DNA from: Camelus ferus
Lineage: Eukaryota
DNA: 64,000 bases
Assembly: GCF_009834535.1 (NCBI RefSeq)
Contig: NC_045697.1
Coordinates: 78,060,001-78,124,000, forward strand
Direction of reading: 5' to 3'
The position numbers and the translations under genes were made by a program. Position 1 is the stretch's first letter, and each line of letters begins with the position of its first letter. Below are positions 48,851 to 63,000 of this stretch, in pieces. A model generated the notes under the pieces. It had not been told where the DNA came from. It worked only from the letters and a program-made list of their open reading frames with translations, and searched no databases.

Positions 48851-51800
48851 AGTGACTCATTATTATTTTAGTAAAGTGTATTGGCTCAGATTTTGGAATC
48901 AGAAATAACAAATCCAAACCGTGGTTTGACTGTTCTTGCCCAGTCTTTAATATAGGGTTAATGCTCTGGGTCCCAATGTCTTATCTGAAACCATTTCCAT
49001 TGCCAGATTGTTTCCCTAGAGAGTTCAGCACATTGAGGATCTCCACCTGCATCCCCAGGGTTGAACCTACTTATGGGGGCGGGGCCGGGGGAGGGCTTAC
49101 AGGGTGCCAAGACATGGTGGTTGCCATCTCTTCCTTCTGGCATCCACCAAGACACCCATATTTTAGGTTTCTGGTTGTTGATCTACTTAGATTTCTTTTC
49201 AAACCTGAATGGTCCTCATTATCCCAGATGCTCTCAGTTCTCACTCTTTCAGTTACTACTGAACCCCTCTTCTTGAGCAGGACAGATTTCTGTTCTTCAG
49301 AGCCTCTTGGGGTGGGACCATGGGGAAATTTCTACAGCTATCTGACCCCTCTGGCCCAGAACTCCCCTGCAACCATCTTTATTCTGGTGTCCTCTGTGCC
49401 AAGCGGGGGGCTGGGAATACTCTGTGAGGCTCTCTGGCTCCTTGACTCCCACCCACAGAAACCCTCCTTTCTCAGATCCACTAACCCTATCTGGAGGCTC
49501 CAGCGTTATCAACTTTCCTCTTGTTCAGACACCCAAGCAGCTCAAACACCATTGTTTCCTCTTGCATGTTCCTCCTGTCTCCCTCCTGTGGCAAACTTCA
49601 TCTAGTCTGAGGGTAGGTGGGTAAGAAAAACTGGTTCTGACTGAAAATACCTATCATTCCAGATCTTTTTGTCCTCAGCCTGGATCTTCAGTCTTTAAAA
49701 CTCCAAAGCCAAGGATTTGACTCTTTTGTTCTCTTCTCCAAAGTATCAGCCCTACCCTAAGGCAAAGGATATCTCAGAGTCTTTGAATAGGGAAGGGACA
49801 AAGATTAAGAAAGCATTACTTGTAGAAGGCACATTAGTTAATATATTAAAATACTATTCCTATATGTCACTGTTGTATTTACTCCCATGGAGAAAACTAG
49901 CTATGAAGACTTAGAAATAAAAGATTAAACAAAGGAAAATGTATTGCTTTTCAAGGTTCAGTAGAAGAATTTTATGGGTTTCATAATCATCAATATAAAA
50001 AATGCCAGCACAGGACGTTTGCTGACTTTGATGGACATTAGCCAAGCAGTAGATGTCATGTACACTGATAAGTGTGCTTCATTATTAGCTGTCCCCCTCC
50101 GACCTCGCCTCCCCAAGAATTATAAATTTATAACTAACTCCTTGTCCACAGAAAATGTCTCAGTCCTGCTAAAAAAGCCCCTAGATATTCATTTGGATGG
50201 TATATTCCCCCTTTGCCAAGAAATTGTTTATAAAAAATGTTAACATCTGGGTCTAAATAAATACCTCCTCCCCATAATTTTGTAAAACTCTGGAACTCTC
50301 TCAACATTCAAAATAGCATGGTCTCTTATAGTCTTAAGTTTTTTAATTAAGAAAAAGCAATTGAAAAAGGGTTGCTTTATTCTTAATTATTCAACTTTAT
50401 TTTTCCTTTCGTATTTTGAAGATTCTAGATTCTGGCAGTAATAAATTTCAGATGAGGCAATATTTCACTGGTTATCAAGTTAACTTGCAAGAACCAACTA
50501 GGACCATAAAATTGAATATAAAATATTTTAAATTATTTTATAGTGCATCAAGGATTTTCACTTAGAATTATTCTGCACTATGAAATTGACAATTTTTGGC
50601 TGTTTGAACATATCTCAGTCATTAAAAGTAAGATTTGTTTTAGCTTTCCCAAAGCTAGGAAAATGCTAGCATGATGTTCCACCTACAATTTTGGCAGTAG
50701 GTCTGTGTAATTCTTGAAGTTAAATGTGGACCGCTAATTACAGTTATAGCTACTAAATTGTCCCTGAGTGGGTTTATTTAGTATTCAGTGGTGCCCCAGA
50801 GGAGGAATCTTTTATCTACAGAGCTGTCATAGATAAGCAACATAATCAAAACACTCTCCCTGATGAAAATTTATTTTTAACTTGAAAGAACATATCACAC
50901 TGACCACCCACTCACCGATTGTGTTTTGCTGGTACATGGAATCTTGGCTACAAAATTAACTAAATTACTCTTGCTAGGAATTCAAGGTAAGCTGAGTCCC
51001 TTTGGGACCTTGCCCAAGAAAATCTATTTAGTGTAAATACCAGAGAAGAACCTCTTTTGAAAACTTTTTACCTAAAAGTGGTGTCTTGGTAGACAGGGGG
51101 CCTAAGGACAGTGTCACAGAGAGTTCCCAGTGAGGTAATTTAATTTGTTAAATTAAATAACAGAATTTATTCCTCTTGTGACTTTAGGTGGTAAGGAGGA
51201 GACATGGAGAAAAAAGAATGTAGTAAAAATTGGTGATTATTTTAAAGCCTGATTGATGATACTTTAACCACAGGTCTTAAAAGTATCCAAGGAACTTTTA
51301 CAATTAAGGAAAACTGTCAAAAAGAGAAGACTCATTTTCACTGCAGATTCATTCATGTTGTCAAAAAAACCAACATCGTATGACATTTTGGTTTGGAGAA
51401 ACCAGTATCAAACTTATGCTACTAGTTACCTGTAATCAGATGGTGACATTTATATTAAAAAAATGATATTACTGACTCAAATTGACAGTGCTTAAGAATT
51501 AGCTAAGATTTCTCATATGGCAGGGAGCACATATACAGACACCCACACTTAGAAAAGTTTCCATGAAACTTGAAATCTGATTCTTTGTGCCTCATTTATC
51601 CTTAACAAGTGGAGTAAATAGATAAAAATAATATCACTTAAGGAGGCAAAGAAATATAAAAAGAAAATGAAAAATGAATTCTTAGATATTCATGCCTAGA
51701 CAAAAAAAATTTAAGCTTAAAAAAAATGACCCTGTCAAATGAGAATTGCTTAATTCTTATAATTCAGTTAAGGGACTCAGGCAAGGAAAAGGCAAAATGT

Positions 51801-53436
51801 ATAGTCTGCTTTGTTGGTATTTTGGTGGAATTTCTGAGTAACAAATGTGTATATTCTGTCTGTAAAAATAGAAAGCTAATGGTGACAAATAAATGGATGA
51901 CTGTATTACATATTTTTTGAACTCCTGTTGTATTTTTAGTTTGTCTTCAAAAACTCATATTGTTCAATGTATGGAGTCAGGAAAGTGACAAACTCTTCAT
52001 AACAGATTTACAATGAAAAGTAACAGTAGCCCAACTATTTAAAATCCTAAGAAAATTTTATGCTTCCAGTTGTGATTATGACAAAGAAAGTGATGTAGAA
52101 ATTATCACATTTCATCAAAGTCACTTAGTCCTTTGTAACTCTTTAAAAAAATGCTCTTGGCTGATTCACATCTAAATTCTGATACAAAAATTATATCAGC
52201 TAGCAGACTTGCTAGCTTTTAGTAGAAATTTGAAATTATGATAAAAATTTCCCCCCAATTCCTCCTCTTTAAAACCACAAAATACTAGAGACTTGATTTA
52301 TACTGTACAATATGTTTTTTGGTGGGAATTAAAGTGTACAATGTAATTTATTTATCTGTGGCTACTATGAAGGGCAGGGAAGAGAAATCATTACAAGAGT
52401 TTACTGGAAACCAGGCTAAAGAGACTTGGGAACACATCTGGGGCCGATTCACATCCTGTGTAATTCACTATGAGAATTCTCATCAAGTCGCACAGGGCAG
52501 CAATTAGACACAGAGGAACAGATCAGTGTTTTCCTAACTTGACATTTTTATAGTTCCTCCCACCACACACACTCTTTTAAGTAGTTATTTGCAGGTTTAC
52601 CAGTGAGAATTTGAAGTATTTAAATATGTTAAGTGAAATACTCAGTTATGACTGTTAAGTCAGTAAAGCGTTTGGGGTCTGCCTTGCACGCACAACTCCC
52701 TGTCTGACTTTTACAACCCTTCAACAGACTCCTGTCCATTCAGAGAACTTTCACTGTCTTAAAATGTGTTTGTTATGTAAAGTGCAGAGAAAAAAACCCT
52801 TAACATAGAAAAAGTCTAGGAAAACAAAGAGGAAGAGTTTAGGCAAAGGAGACTTCCCCTTGCCTACCTGAATGAAGGAGTGCATGAAAGTGCACTGGAC
52901 TGATCCTCCGGCTCTGTCAGATGCTGCACGAGGCACCAGATATTTCCAACCTCCAGGATCTCACAGTCAAATGAGATACAGCAGATGCAAACAATGCATT
53001 TTAAAACTATGTGAATAAAATAGAGGCTATGGGAACATGAGAGAGGGAGTGATAATTCTGACTTGGTGGTGTTCGGATTTGGGTTTGGATCTGAGAAATT
53101 CCCAGCAAGTGATACTTGAGCTAATTTTGAAGGACGAGTAGAATTTTCTGGAAAGACTCTTTGGGGAAGAACATTCCTGGCAGAGGGAAGTATATGAACA
53201 AATGGATAGTGGCAGGGAAGTTGAACATGCACGTACGGGATTCTCAATGGTGTGAACTTGACTCAGTGGTCAAGTGTGAAGTGATGGAGGGAGTGAGAGA
53301 GGCCTGCAGCGCTGAGGGGTGGGGTGGGAGAGGGGCCTGAAAGGCAGGTAGAGGCCCCGCAAGGAGGTTCCATGCTAAACGATTTTCGCTCTGTCCTCTA
53401 GGCTTTTTACCTATTGGGGGTCTTGGATCCCTTAGA

Positions 53437-53769
53437 GCAATGGTTTTTCAAACTTTACTGCACATTAGAATTACCTAGGGAGATTAAAAAATAATCCAGA
53501 AGCCCAGGCCACACCCCCTAGAACCTCTAGAAATGAGACTCAGGCCTCCATATTCTTATAAAATCGCTAGATGCTTTCAGTGTAAAAAGGTGTTTCTCAA
53601 AGTGTGATCCCAGAATTAGCAGCACTGGTATCAGCTGGGAACTTAGACATACAAATTCTCCGCCCCAAAGCCAGACTACTAAATTTAAAACCACGAGGGG
53701 GCCCAGCAATCTGTTTTAACAAGCTCTCCAGGAGATTTTAAAGTTTGCTGAAGTTTGAGATTCATTGCC
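53437..53769. mobile_element. Two MER5A MITEs in opposite orientation
   Basis: gcaatggtttttcaaacttt..cattagaattacctagggag; then tttctcaaagtgtgatccc..gggcccagcaatctgttttaacaagctctccagg..aagtttgagattcattgc. Confidence 0.8.
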
Positions 53770-54355
53770 ATAGGAATCAAATAAAAGCTACTAATGTGCT
53801 TTTCAGAAAAATCTGCTGCACGTTTAATTTAGATATACTATTGGGTGGTGTGTGGAAATCCCCTTCTAGTCCCATCCCATGTCTTCCCTGCAGGCCTGGA
53901 ATTCAGGTTAAGAATTCCTCCTGTAGGCAGTGAAAGACATGAACAAGTTTCAAGTGAAAGAAGGACATGATGAATTTTGGTGGTAGGATGCTGACTGCTG
54001 TGGTATAAAGAATTGAGTGCAATGGGGAGAGGCTGTCATCAACCAGATCACCCACGGGGTTAGGTTTTTGGATTAAAATAAAACAGATCGTGGTGACATT
54101 TAAGTTGCATAGGGTGGTGGGAAGGGACTGGAAAATGATCCCAAGATTTCTAACTTGAGTTTGGAGTGCGTGAGGTCCTTACCTGGGAGAGAGACTATAA
54201 AATGAGAAGGACTGGAGGCAAATAATGATGATTACTGGACACATATGGAAAGATGTACTAAAAATAGACATGACATTTAAGGATGTAGGGTTGAGGGATG
54301 TGGACTGTGGATAATTATATAAGAACCATTAGCCTATAAACAGGTAGGTGTAGAT

Positions 54356-54550
54356 CAAGGTTTCTTGCACTCTCACCATTGACATTCGGCCTGGCTCATT
54401 TCTCGTTTCAGAAGGCTGCCCTGTGCACTGTAGGATGTTTAAAAGCATTCCTGTGTTCGACACACTAGGTGCCAGTAGCCAACAGCTCCTGCAGTTGTGA
54501 CAACTCAAAATGCCTCCAGACATTGCTTACTATCTCCTGGCAGTAAATCA
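54356..54550 (+). mobile_element. MER20 hAT-Charlie MITE
   Basis: ctgccctgtgcactgtaggatgttt..gtgccagtagc..gttgtgacaactcaaaatgcctccagacattgc. Confidence 0.85.
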
Positions 54551-55565
54551 ATGAACTTTGAGACCCTTCGGTACAGATGAAACCCAGAGAGTGGATGAGA
54601 TTGTTATTGACTGAGTGGAGGGACCAAAGGTAGAGGAGGACCCAGCAAGAGATTGAGAAGATGTTTCTAAGACTGGAAGAAAGTGGCATTGAGAGACCCA
54701 CGGGAAGGACCCAGATGAAGACGGACGCCAGACACTACCCAGGAGAACGAGAACTGAGAAGAGTCTGTGCATTTGGTGATCTGTCAGTTGTTGTGAAATA
54801 GATTCAAAAGAGCCCCACCGAAGCCCTGAAAGTGATACTATAGTATGTGGAAGAGTGAATAGGAAAAAGGAGAGACTACCAAAGTAGATTACTCCACTCA
54901 GGGATTGGTTAGGAAAAGCTAGAGGAGGAGAAAGAGGCAAAAAGAACGAGATGGGACATTATTTTAGGACAGAGAGATTTGTCAACATGGTGGACTGAGA
55001 GGAAATGTCAATAATTCCAAATAAACACAGAGCTTCAGGCAGACCCAGGATCTCTTCTTCACTAAGAGCACAAAATATGAGTAATATTAATTACGAGGGA
55101 GCGTGAAAGAACATAAATTATAGCTGCAACACACTGAATAATTGTAACAAGTACAGGTGTCCCCTTTCTTAGCAATTATATGTTAATTGTTACAAGACAA
55201 AATTAGTAAATTGGGAATGTATTTCATCCATCATACAATAAAGTTCTGTTTATGTGATTTTGCCTCTGGGCTGGGTCACCGTTATCATGGTGATGATTTT
55301 CTTTTTTTCTTTTTTGAGCTTCTTCCTTTATCCTTTTCTTTTGATTCTCCACAGACAGCATGAGGGCTAGAGACTCACATGCCACTAGGAACAAGCTTTA
55401 TTTTGTTTGCCTTGGGATTGAAACCACGTTTACAGCAACACATCTCTTTGAGGGAAATCAAGAGAGAAAAATGCTTTATTATATTGTATTATTTTGCCAG
55501 TAACTTTCCTGTTGTGCAAACATCATCTATATATGAAAAAATCTTTCTTCTAAGCATTTTAACTG

Positions 55566-55576
55566 GTGTGTGTGTG

Positions 55577-55618
<42 letters not shown>
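55566..55618. repeat. (GT)n microsatellite, pure (GT)20 at 55579-55618
   Basis: Directly visible. Confidence 0.95.
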
Positions 55619-55619
<1 letters not shown>

Positions 55620-55620
<1 letters not shown>

Positions 55621-55790
55621 TGCTTCAGTTTCTGGGTTCCCATCATGGCCGTACAACTTGGCTGGCGGCCTTGGGCATCTTATTTATTCTTTCCAGATTT
55701 CATGTCCGTCATTTGCACAATGAGCAGGTGGGACTCGATAAGCTCTGAGGTTGTTTCTGGCTTTAAAATTCTATAATTATATGATTTCCT
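55620..55790 (+). mobile_element. MIR3/MIRc-like SINE
   Basis: ggccttgggcatcttattt..ctctgaggttgtttctggctttaaaattcta. Confidence 0.6.
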
Positions 55791-58700
55791 TTCTGCATTA
55801 TCTTTGTTTGGTAAGAGCTTGCCTTAATCTGATCCATTCCTGAGCAAAATCTCTCAGATTGACATGAATCTCCAATTTTTACTCTGGTTCTCACACCTTT
55901 TTGTTTATTAGGTCATAAGTAATGAGCTCTGAACACTTAAGAACTTGCCCGAGTTCACGGAGGTAGCTCGTCAGGGTTGTAGACAGAGTGAAAAAGAAGA
56001 TGACGGTTCCTCAGTTCTCCACTGCAGTGTTTAAATCCAGGAGAGTCACCCGTGAAAACGTAGAATCTTTGCACGTCTGTCCTTTCTTCAGGAGCTCTCA
56101 AAGCATTTCCTAAACGAACTGAATGAATCCTTTCCTTTTGAATCCCATTTGTAAACAGCTGGATTGGTAAGTTTTAAGCACAGTAATAGAGAGTGATGTG
56201 TGGGTTTATTTCTACCGCTAGATACCGTAACTGTGATAAAAAGAATCAATCGTTTATAAGAGTTAGTTGATTCTGCAGAGATTGTATTTAAATATATTAA
56301 TATGGTTTGTGTTAACACTCTTAACTTTTAAACATCCACTATGTTTAAATAGCTCCCAGTTTTGAATGTTGGGAACTATAATAATAAACTCATCTTAAAT
56401 TTCCTCACCCTTGTGACTGGTACTCAGTAGGTGGGAAGGATTATCGCAGGGGAGTGATTGGCTGGACAATGGGTTGTCCTAAGTAATGTAGTTTTTCTTG
56501 GGATTAAGAGTGGGTGAAGTTTCACTTCTCTCTTGGAACTTGTATTTAGATGGGTTTTTTTTTTTCCCTACCTAAGATACAAATTGCATTCCTACATCAA
56601 GTTAAGTGTATGGCAATGAAAGCACCGGCTTATTTTGTGTTACGGTCGTGTTTGTCATTTTCTGCATGACAGTCTATCCATTGAAATCAGGCAAAATGTT
56701 TTTTAATTACATGAATTTGTCCCTCACAGCACACTGGCTTTTAGGTATTATTGTTCGGCAAACTGAGGCCCAGGTATTATCAGGCTAGTGTTCACCTGGC
56801 AAATTAGAAATAGTATTGCTTTGAGATAGAAAAAAAAATTCTGAAAGTGCTCTCCACTGCATCCTTTGCATATGAATGGGAGGGGGGAGTGGGAGAAAAA
56901 CAGGAGAGAAGAAATGAAGGTGTCTAGGTGGCGAAGCTGGGCTAAAGAGATGTTTGCATCTGCTGAGAAATACTGATTTAACGGTGCCAGAGAAGAACTG
57001 GAGACGTGTTCCTACACATCAGACACTTCTGGCAGGACCAGGGCTTGAGTGACTACTACTCCTGGGCTAGCTTTTGTTGCCTTTGTTCAGTGCTATGGTA
57101 CTGACTTGTCAACACTGGCTGAAGTCAGTTTTTGGAGAATTACTTGTCAATGTTAGGTTTTGAATTAATGTTTCTACCTGTAAAATCTGGGGGATGAACC
57201 AGTGCAACCCCGGCTTCACCTCTTCTCTGCTGTGGGAAAGAAGCCGGAGTCCCCACGTCAGCACACTTTGGGTCTCTCCTCATGGCCTTCTTTCTTATCA
57301 TGTTTTCTCTTCTGCTGCTTGTTTTTTTTTTTTTTATCTGAAATACTTTTTCTCATCCAAATCCCACATTTTCTGCAAAACACAGTTCCAAATTTATATT
57401 CTACATAAAGTCTTTGATGATTAAACTGCACGGATATCATTGTCTTATTTTTCCCTTTTACCTCTTCAGCCCTGATGAAATCAGTTCATACCAGCAAGCT
57501 TTCATTGTCTTCCAGACTGTCTCCTTATGTCATGAAAATATCCTTTGATTCCCCATGTAGGGACTGACTTTCCTGCTTCACGTACATTTCCTATAATATC
57601 TAGCACAGTGATGGGCCCCAAATACTTCCAAAATGAATCATTCCACACTGAAGACTGTGAAAAGATTAGAAAAAAAACCATCCTGAAGCTCTTCTGGCAA
57701 AGGGTCAATTGGAATTTACGACAAATGTCAGTAGCCGAGGACAAGATATGGGTGTTGTTCTCAGATACGAAGGGGAGATGACACCAGCGCAGAGAAATGT
57801 GAAGCAATTGTTCTGTATTCTTAACAGTCCGTGAATAATCCTAAATGATACACGGGGCTGGCAGAGTGTGTTCTGTCTGATTCCAGAGATATCTTGGGCT
57901 TATTTAACAATGCTACCCTTAGAATGACATTAGCATACTAATCTATACCCCCGGCCGAGAACCACATCCCTAGGTATCTTTTAACCAGCTGGATTGAGAC
58001 TAGTTGCCCTCCGTAACCAGGGTAGTGGTCAGCATGATGGTCTGGGATTTTAGGAGGGCAGTATCAAAGGGAAAACTCAGTGGATTTACATCATTTTTTC
58101 CTTTTCTAGGGCTCTTACCAACAACACACCCAGTGAAAAATCCTCTGAAGTTTAAGCACCTCTTTCTTTCCCCTGGCCTGTGCTGCGCTATCATTGTGCA
58201 CTTCGCTGAGCTAGAAAATTGCAGAAGAAAGACACGGCTTCCCCCCACCCCCCACCCCCTCAACTACTCTGTTTATAGTCAGTTTGCCTCCCTGGATCTC
58301 CTGTTTTAACACATGCTGTAGTGTTCAGATTGCAAACACAGCGGAGGGATGTTTAAATCCTAAAAACAAACTGTTTTCATTGCAATGTGCAAAACAGCAT
58401 TCCACGAAGACATTTCAATTAATATTAGCTGAGTGAGGGGAGTCCTCTCTCTGTGGCCTGTTCAGTGTTTGGCCTCTCTCTGCTGAGACTGCCAACCAGG
58501 GTGCTGCCAATTAATGCCAGCTGTGATCTATTGTTTGCTTCTGACACCTGGGAAGTCCCAGATCATCAGAATCCTGCAAACAGCAGCTGGCTTAGTGGAG
58601 GCTGCCAGACTTCGGGGATTCGGAGATCGCTCGGTGAAGGTAGGGGGCCGTCTTGTTTTAGTTAAGGGGATCGTCCAGAATAGCCAGCTTAAAATCCAAA

Positions 58701-61700
58701 ATGACTTACATTAAACAACCCCCAAATTTGGGGAAGACCAGCCAAGCCCAGAAGCCTCGCTGCTCACTCTCGGCCCCCATAGGGCAGTCTTTTAAACAAT
58801 AAACAAATGTTCTTAATCCTTTCTTATACAGTCCCAGCAAGTCCTTGTTATGCCGTAAAGGTATTTTCAGGACTCCACATATCTCTAGGAGGGTCTCAGT
58901 TTGGACCAGTTGTGCTAGAATTTAATTTCACATGTGTTGAAAAACATGGATGTCCTCCCTTTGTGGACAACGCTCTCTACCACTAGGCTCCCTCTGATTG
59001 TCTTACAGACAACGCCTAAGAGCCAACATTTTTCGAGAGCTTCTTATGTGGTAAGCACTAAGCCCTTGGCAAATTTTATCATTTCGATTCATTTATCATT
59101 TTGATTGCAGGTGGCAATGTAGTGAGTACTCAAGAGGAGGAAAAGTCAATCAGGTGCAAGGATTTCTTTTTCCCTTTCCTGTACTATTTACTGTTCTCTG
59201 ATGATGACCACATTTTATTCTGAACCTGGGTTCCCTTCGAGGAAGAACTTGAGCAAGTGACACTGCATAGCTGCTTCTCACTGTGGTGGGTGGTTTGGGA
59301 AGTTGTCTTATTCCTCCTCCTTTGTTTGCTGGTTTAGGGGGAGTTCTGATGCTTCCTCTTAGGCCTCTTGACTTACAAATGCCATGAGGACAGAAACTGC
59401 CTGCCGGTGTCAGAGTTGTGCCTGCCCTGCAGTTTGTAAACCTTCACAAAGCCCTGTAAGAACAGCAGACAATCCCAGAGACTACTTCTGGGAGAGACAG
59501 CCTTGAGAGAGCTGGTGACCGGCCAGGCAACTCTGAGCCTGAGATATGACTACGTGTTTTGTCTCCTGATGCGTTCTTCTCACATGGGTGAAAAGGTTCT
59601 GAATCCTTTCCACATGGATGCCCTTCAAATCTGGTCAGTAGCCTTCCTTCTACTCTGGGCTTGTAGGTGGCCATGCTGATTGGATTAGATACGCAGCTAC
59701 TTTCTAGTGTTGATCATCGGAGGCTGAGATGAAGCCATTTGCACTTGATGTATTCAGCACATGATTCCATGTCTCAAGAAGTGAAAATCCAGTGAAATAA
59801 GCCACCGCTCTAGCTCTCATTAACGACTTGATACAAATCCACTCAAAACACTCACTCTTAGAGTCGTCGGGTGATGATGATAACATGATTCATTTGCTGA
59901 GGTCTGTTAGTTCAACTGGGTAACTATAAATAGAATTTATAAACCGCTTCCAAATAATACTCCATTTCTTATACACCCATCTAAAATTTCTAAAGGAGCT
60001 GACATTTACTTTACATTAATGAAATGTACAAATATAAAGGTGAGAGCACTTCTAGGTTCATTGGGCAAGATTGTAGAGTTATTGCACACATTTCTTTGAA
60101 ATAAAGTGTGTAAAATAAGGTTTGAAGAAAAATTAGGAAAAGATATTCCAGGTGTTTTCTTCCAGAAGGATCACAATCAGTTTTTTAATTTATATGAGAT
60201 ATTTGATACATTTCATCTTGACCCACTTGTTTAGAAATCTCGGGTCAGAGCCCTCTCTGGTACAGACTCAGTGGACCTTCTGAGCAGAAGAATATGTGCT
60301 GGCAGTGAGCCATGCCACTTTATTCAGAGTTTGGTCCAGGGCAGAATTAAAACCATACTTTGTTCTACCCCCCATATCGTCACTCAGTACTGAAAGTTTG
60401 CTTCTATAAAAAGGCTATCATCACTTCTTCCTCTGCCCTTTAGATCTTTGGAAATCAAGTCAATTCTCAGAGGCCCCATACATAATTTTTATAGCCTCAA
60501 GAACAAATCAGAAGTTTCTCTACTCTCCCTAACCCCTCTTGACACAATTATATCTAGAAGAGACCCTGGCATCATGTAATATCTGTACCAGAAAACTCTC
60601 CTTATATTTACCATAATTGTTCTAAGTGTTGGTGTTTTTCTTCTGCTGCACTTTATTCCATACACTGAAACACTATTGTTTTAAGCAAACCAAACAGCCA
60701 CTCTACTAAGGTAAATGTGGCTTGATGCATATTCTCCTGGTGAAAGATCTATCAGGGGTTAGAAAAACAGTTCGGGATGCTAGCCAAGCCAAATCTTAAG
60801 ACCTTTCTGCTCTGGACCATTCCTAGGGAGCCGCTGGCTTCTTGAAATAAAACAAAGGTGTTTTACACCTGATAGGAATTACGGAGCATGTCAAACATGA
60901 GTTCAAAAGATAGTTTCACTTCATCTTTAAAAAGTGGTGCAGGGAACATAGGTAAGCTTAGAATATGGTTATTTTTAACTGAAAATGTACTGACTTTCTT
61001 TTTGAAGATGCTGATACAACTTCTGACACTGCTGGTGATGAGTGGTGTGTAACAGCCGTTGCAGCTCTGAGGCTATCAACTAGTGAAAGGGAATCTTCTA
61101 AATACAAATCCCAGGACACCAGAACAGCTCTTAACAGCCCTCCCCATCCTAACTAAGCTGGAGACGAGGAACTAAAAGGTCTGGGGAGAAATAACTGCCT
61201 AAACAATGAAGGAAGGAGAAAAACTCCCAAGGAAGACAATTTAAAGATGAAGTCACATGGTTTGAATTTGATACAATGTGGGGAATTCCGGTTTAATTCT
61301 AATTGATACTGATTTCTTCTAACAGCCTTTCTCTTGAACACAGAGATCAGTTTGGATAAAGGAAACGTCGCAAGGAGAATGCAGTTGCTCAGCGAGTCGA
61401 AAAGGCAAGTTCTGTAATCAAACAGAGGATGTCAGCAGGGAGGCCTAATCATATGTTTTCTTAAACCAAACTCCTTTTTTCCTTTTCATTAGGCTTTCTT
61501 GAGGCATTCAGCTAATTAATGATAATAAATAGTTATTGAGGACCACTAATATTCTAAATCCTCCAGTGTCATGCATTTGGAAGGAAAAAGGACCAATAGA
61601 CAGATAAACTTAGGAAGTGTGTGTGAGTATGTGTGTGTGCACGTGCACGCAGCTATATGCCTTCTCACTGGGAATTACGGTGGTAAACCAGGAAGATCTA

Positions 61701-62056
61701 CATGAAAGATGGGATGGCTTAAGTCACAGAAGCAGATGGAACCTTCACTTTGTGTGATTGCGTAGAGATCTCCTCACACACAATAGGTGTAAGAATAATC
61801 ATTTCCACATCTGTATTTGGACTTTGGTCCCATCCCTTAAATCAGAGTTATAAATCCTGTGAGGTTAGATTAATCTTATTTTATGGAAGGTTGTAAAGAG
61901 AAAGGCTGCCCTTTGCCTTTACTTAAGGAAAAACAAGAGATCTTTGCAAAACAGAGATGTGGGAAGGGGTGCTCAGAGGGTCTGGTACCCCAGAGACGTC
62001 CTGCGTTTGCTCTTGTTGTCTGGAGAATGAGATGAAGGTGTCTCACTGAAGCAGGA

Positions 62057-62290
62057 GGCAGTAAATAGTGCTTGGCCTTTGGGGTTAGGCAGCCCTGGAT
62101 GTGGATTTTTGGCTCCATGCTAACTTATAGCTTTGTGATTTTGAATGTGTTACTTAACCTCTCTGAGCCCCAGGTTTCACTTGTAAAAATGGAGATAATA
62201 CCCAGATTAGAGAATGGTTTGGGGAATTAGGGATAATTCTGTAAAGCACATAGTGGTTGACATTTCATAATTGGTAGCTGTTATTATTGG
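62057..62290 (+). mobile_element. Near full-length MIR
   Basis: ttacttaacctctctgagccccaggtttcacttgtaaaaatggagataata..tgtaaagcac..ggtagctgttattatt. Confidence 0.85.
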
Positions 62291-62699
62291 TATTATTGTT
62301 TGATTGCAAAGCTGAACAGGCCTGAGAAACCACAGACAACAGCTCATGTGAGATCACCATGGGGCGTTCTCTTCTGAAGAAGCGCATGTTGATTAGAGCC
62401 TGTGAGAGGAAGCACGGATATATCTTTTAATGACACCGGGCCCAACTTCTCACAGATTAAACTTCATCCAAGAGCTCTCACTGATACGTGTTGGTTGCAC
62501 CTGGTGGTCTTCCTTTTCCCATGAGAGAATCTTATCTCTGGAATAAACCTTACCTGGATTTATAGAAAAATCACATGCTTCAGATTTGATTTGTATCTGG
62601 TCCCTTGTAGATTTCCTTTTTGCTTTGTGACCCTCTCCCCAGCTTAATGGGAGATCTCCCTCTCAGACTCACTCAGATTATAGGCTAACCTGCTCATTT

Positions 62700-63000
62700 A
62701 TAAGTAACTTCATAACTGGAAGTTTGAGGATCTGAGGTGTAGCTGGTGACTATAGTTGATATTGTATTGTATATATAACACTGTATTGTATAATTAAAAT
62801 TTGCTAAGGGAGGAGAACTTAAATGTTCTCACCAAAAAAAAAAAAAAAAAAAAGATGACTGCGTGAAGTGATGGATGTGTTAATGAACCTGATGCAGGGG
62901 GAGTCCTTTTGCATACGGCTGTTAGATCATCATATTGTACACTTTAAATATCTTAGAATTTTGTCCATCAGTTAGACCTCAATGAAGCTGGGGGAAAAAA
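62700..63000 (+). mobile_element. L1MA9/10-like 3' UTR end
   Basis: tggtgactatagtt..aaatttgctaag..cttaaatgttctcacc..gtgatggatgtgttaat..acctcaatgaagctgg. Confidence 0.8.

Larger units (their letters stand above)
52950..54980 (-). mobile_element. Fragmented L2 interrupted by hAT MITEs
   Basis: gaacattcctggcagagggaag; gaaaatgatcccaagatttctaacttg; gagtggatgagattg; interrupted at ~53400-53910 and 54356-54550. Confidence 0.65.

Noticed and set aside
48961..49605. Longest ORF (214 aa)
   Set aside because: No recognisable domain, low-complexity L/S/P composition and no splice context; probably an old LTR-like or random sequence
55379..55776. CVCVCV-containing ORFs
   Set aside because: Translation of the (GT)n microsatellite
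59869..59901. C box (TGATGA) and D box (CTGA) pair
   Set aside because: About 30 nt apart, too short for a C/D snoRNA, with no terminal stem
59924..59933. Perfect MEF2 site CTATAAATAG
   Set aside because: An isolated AT-rich 10-mer is expected by chance without supporting context
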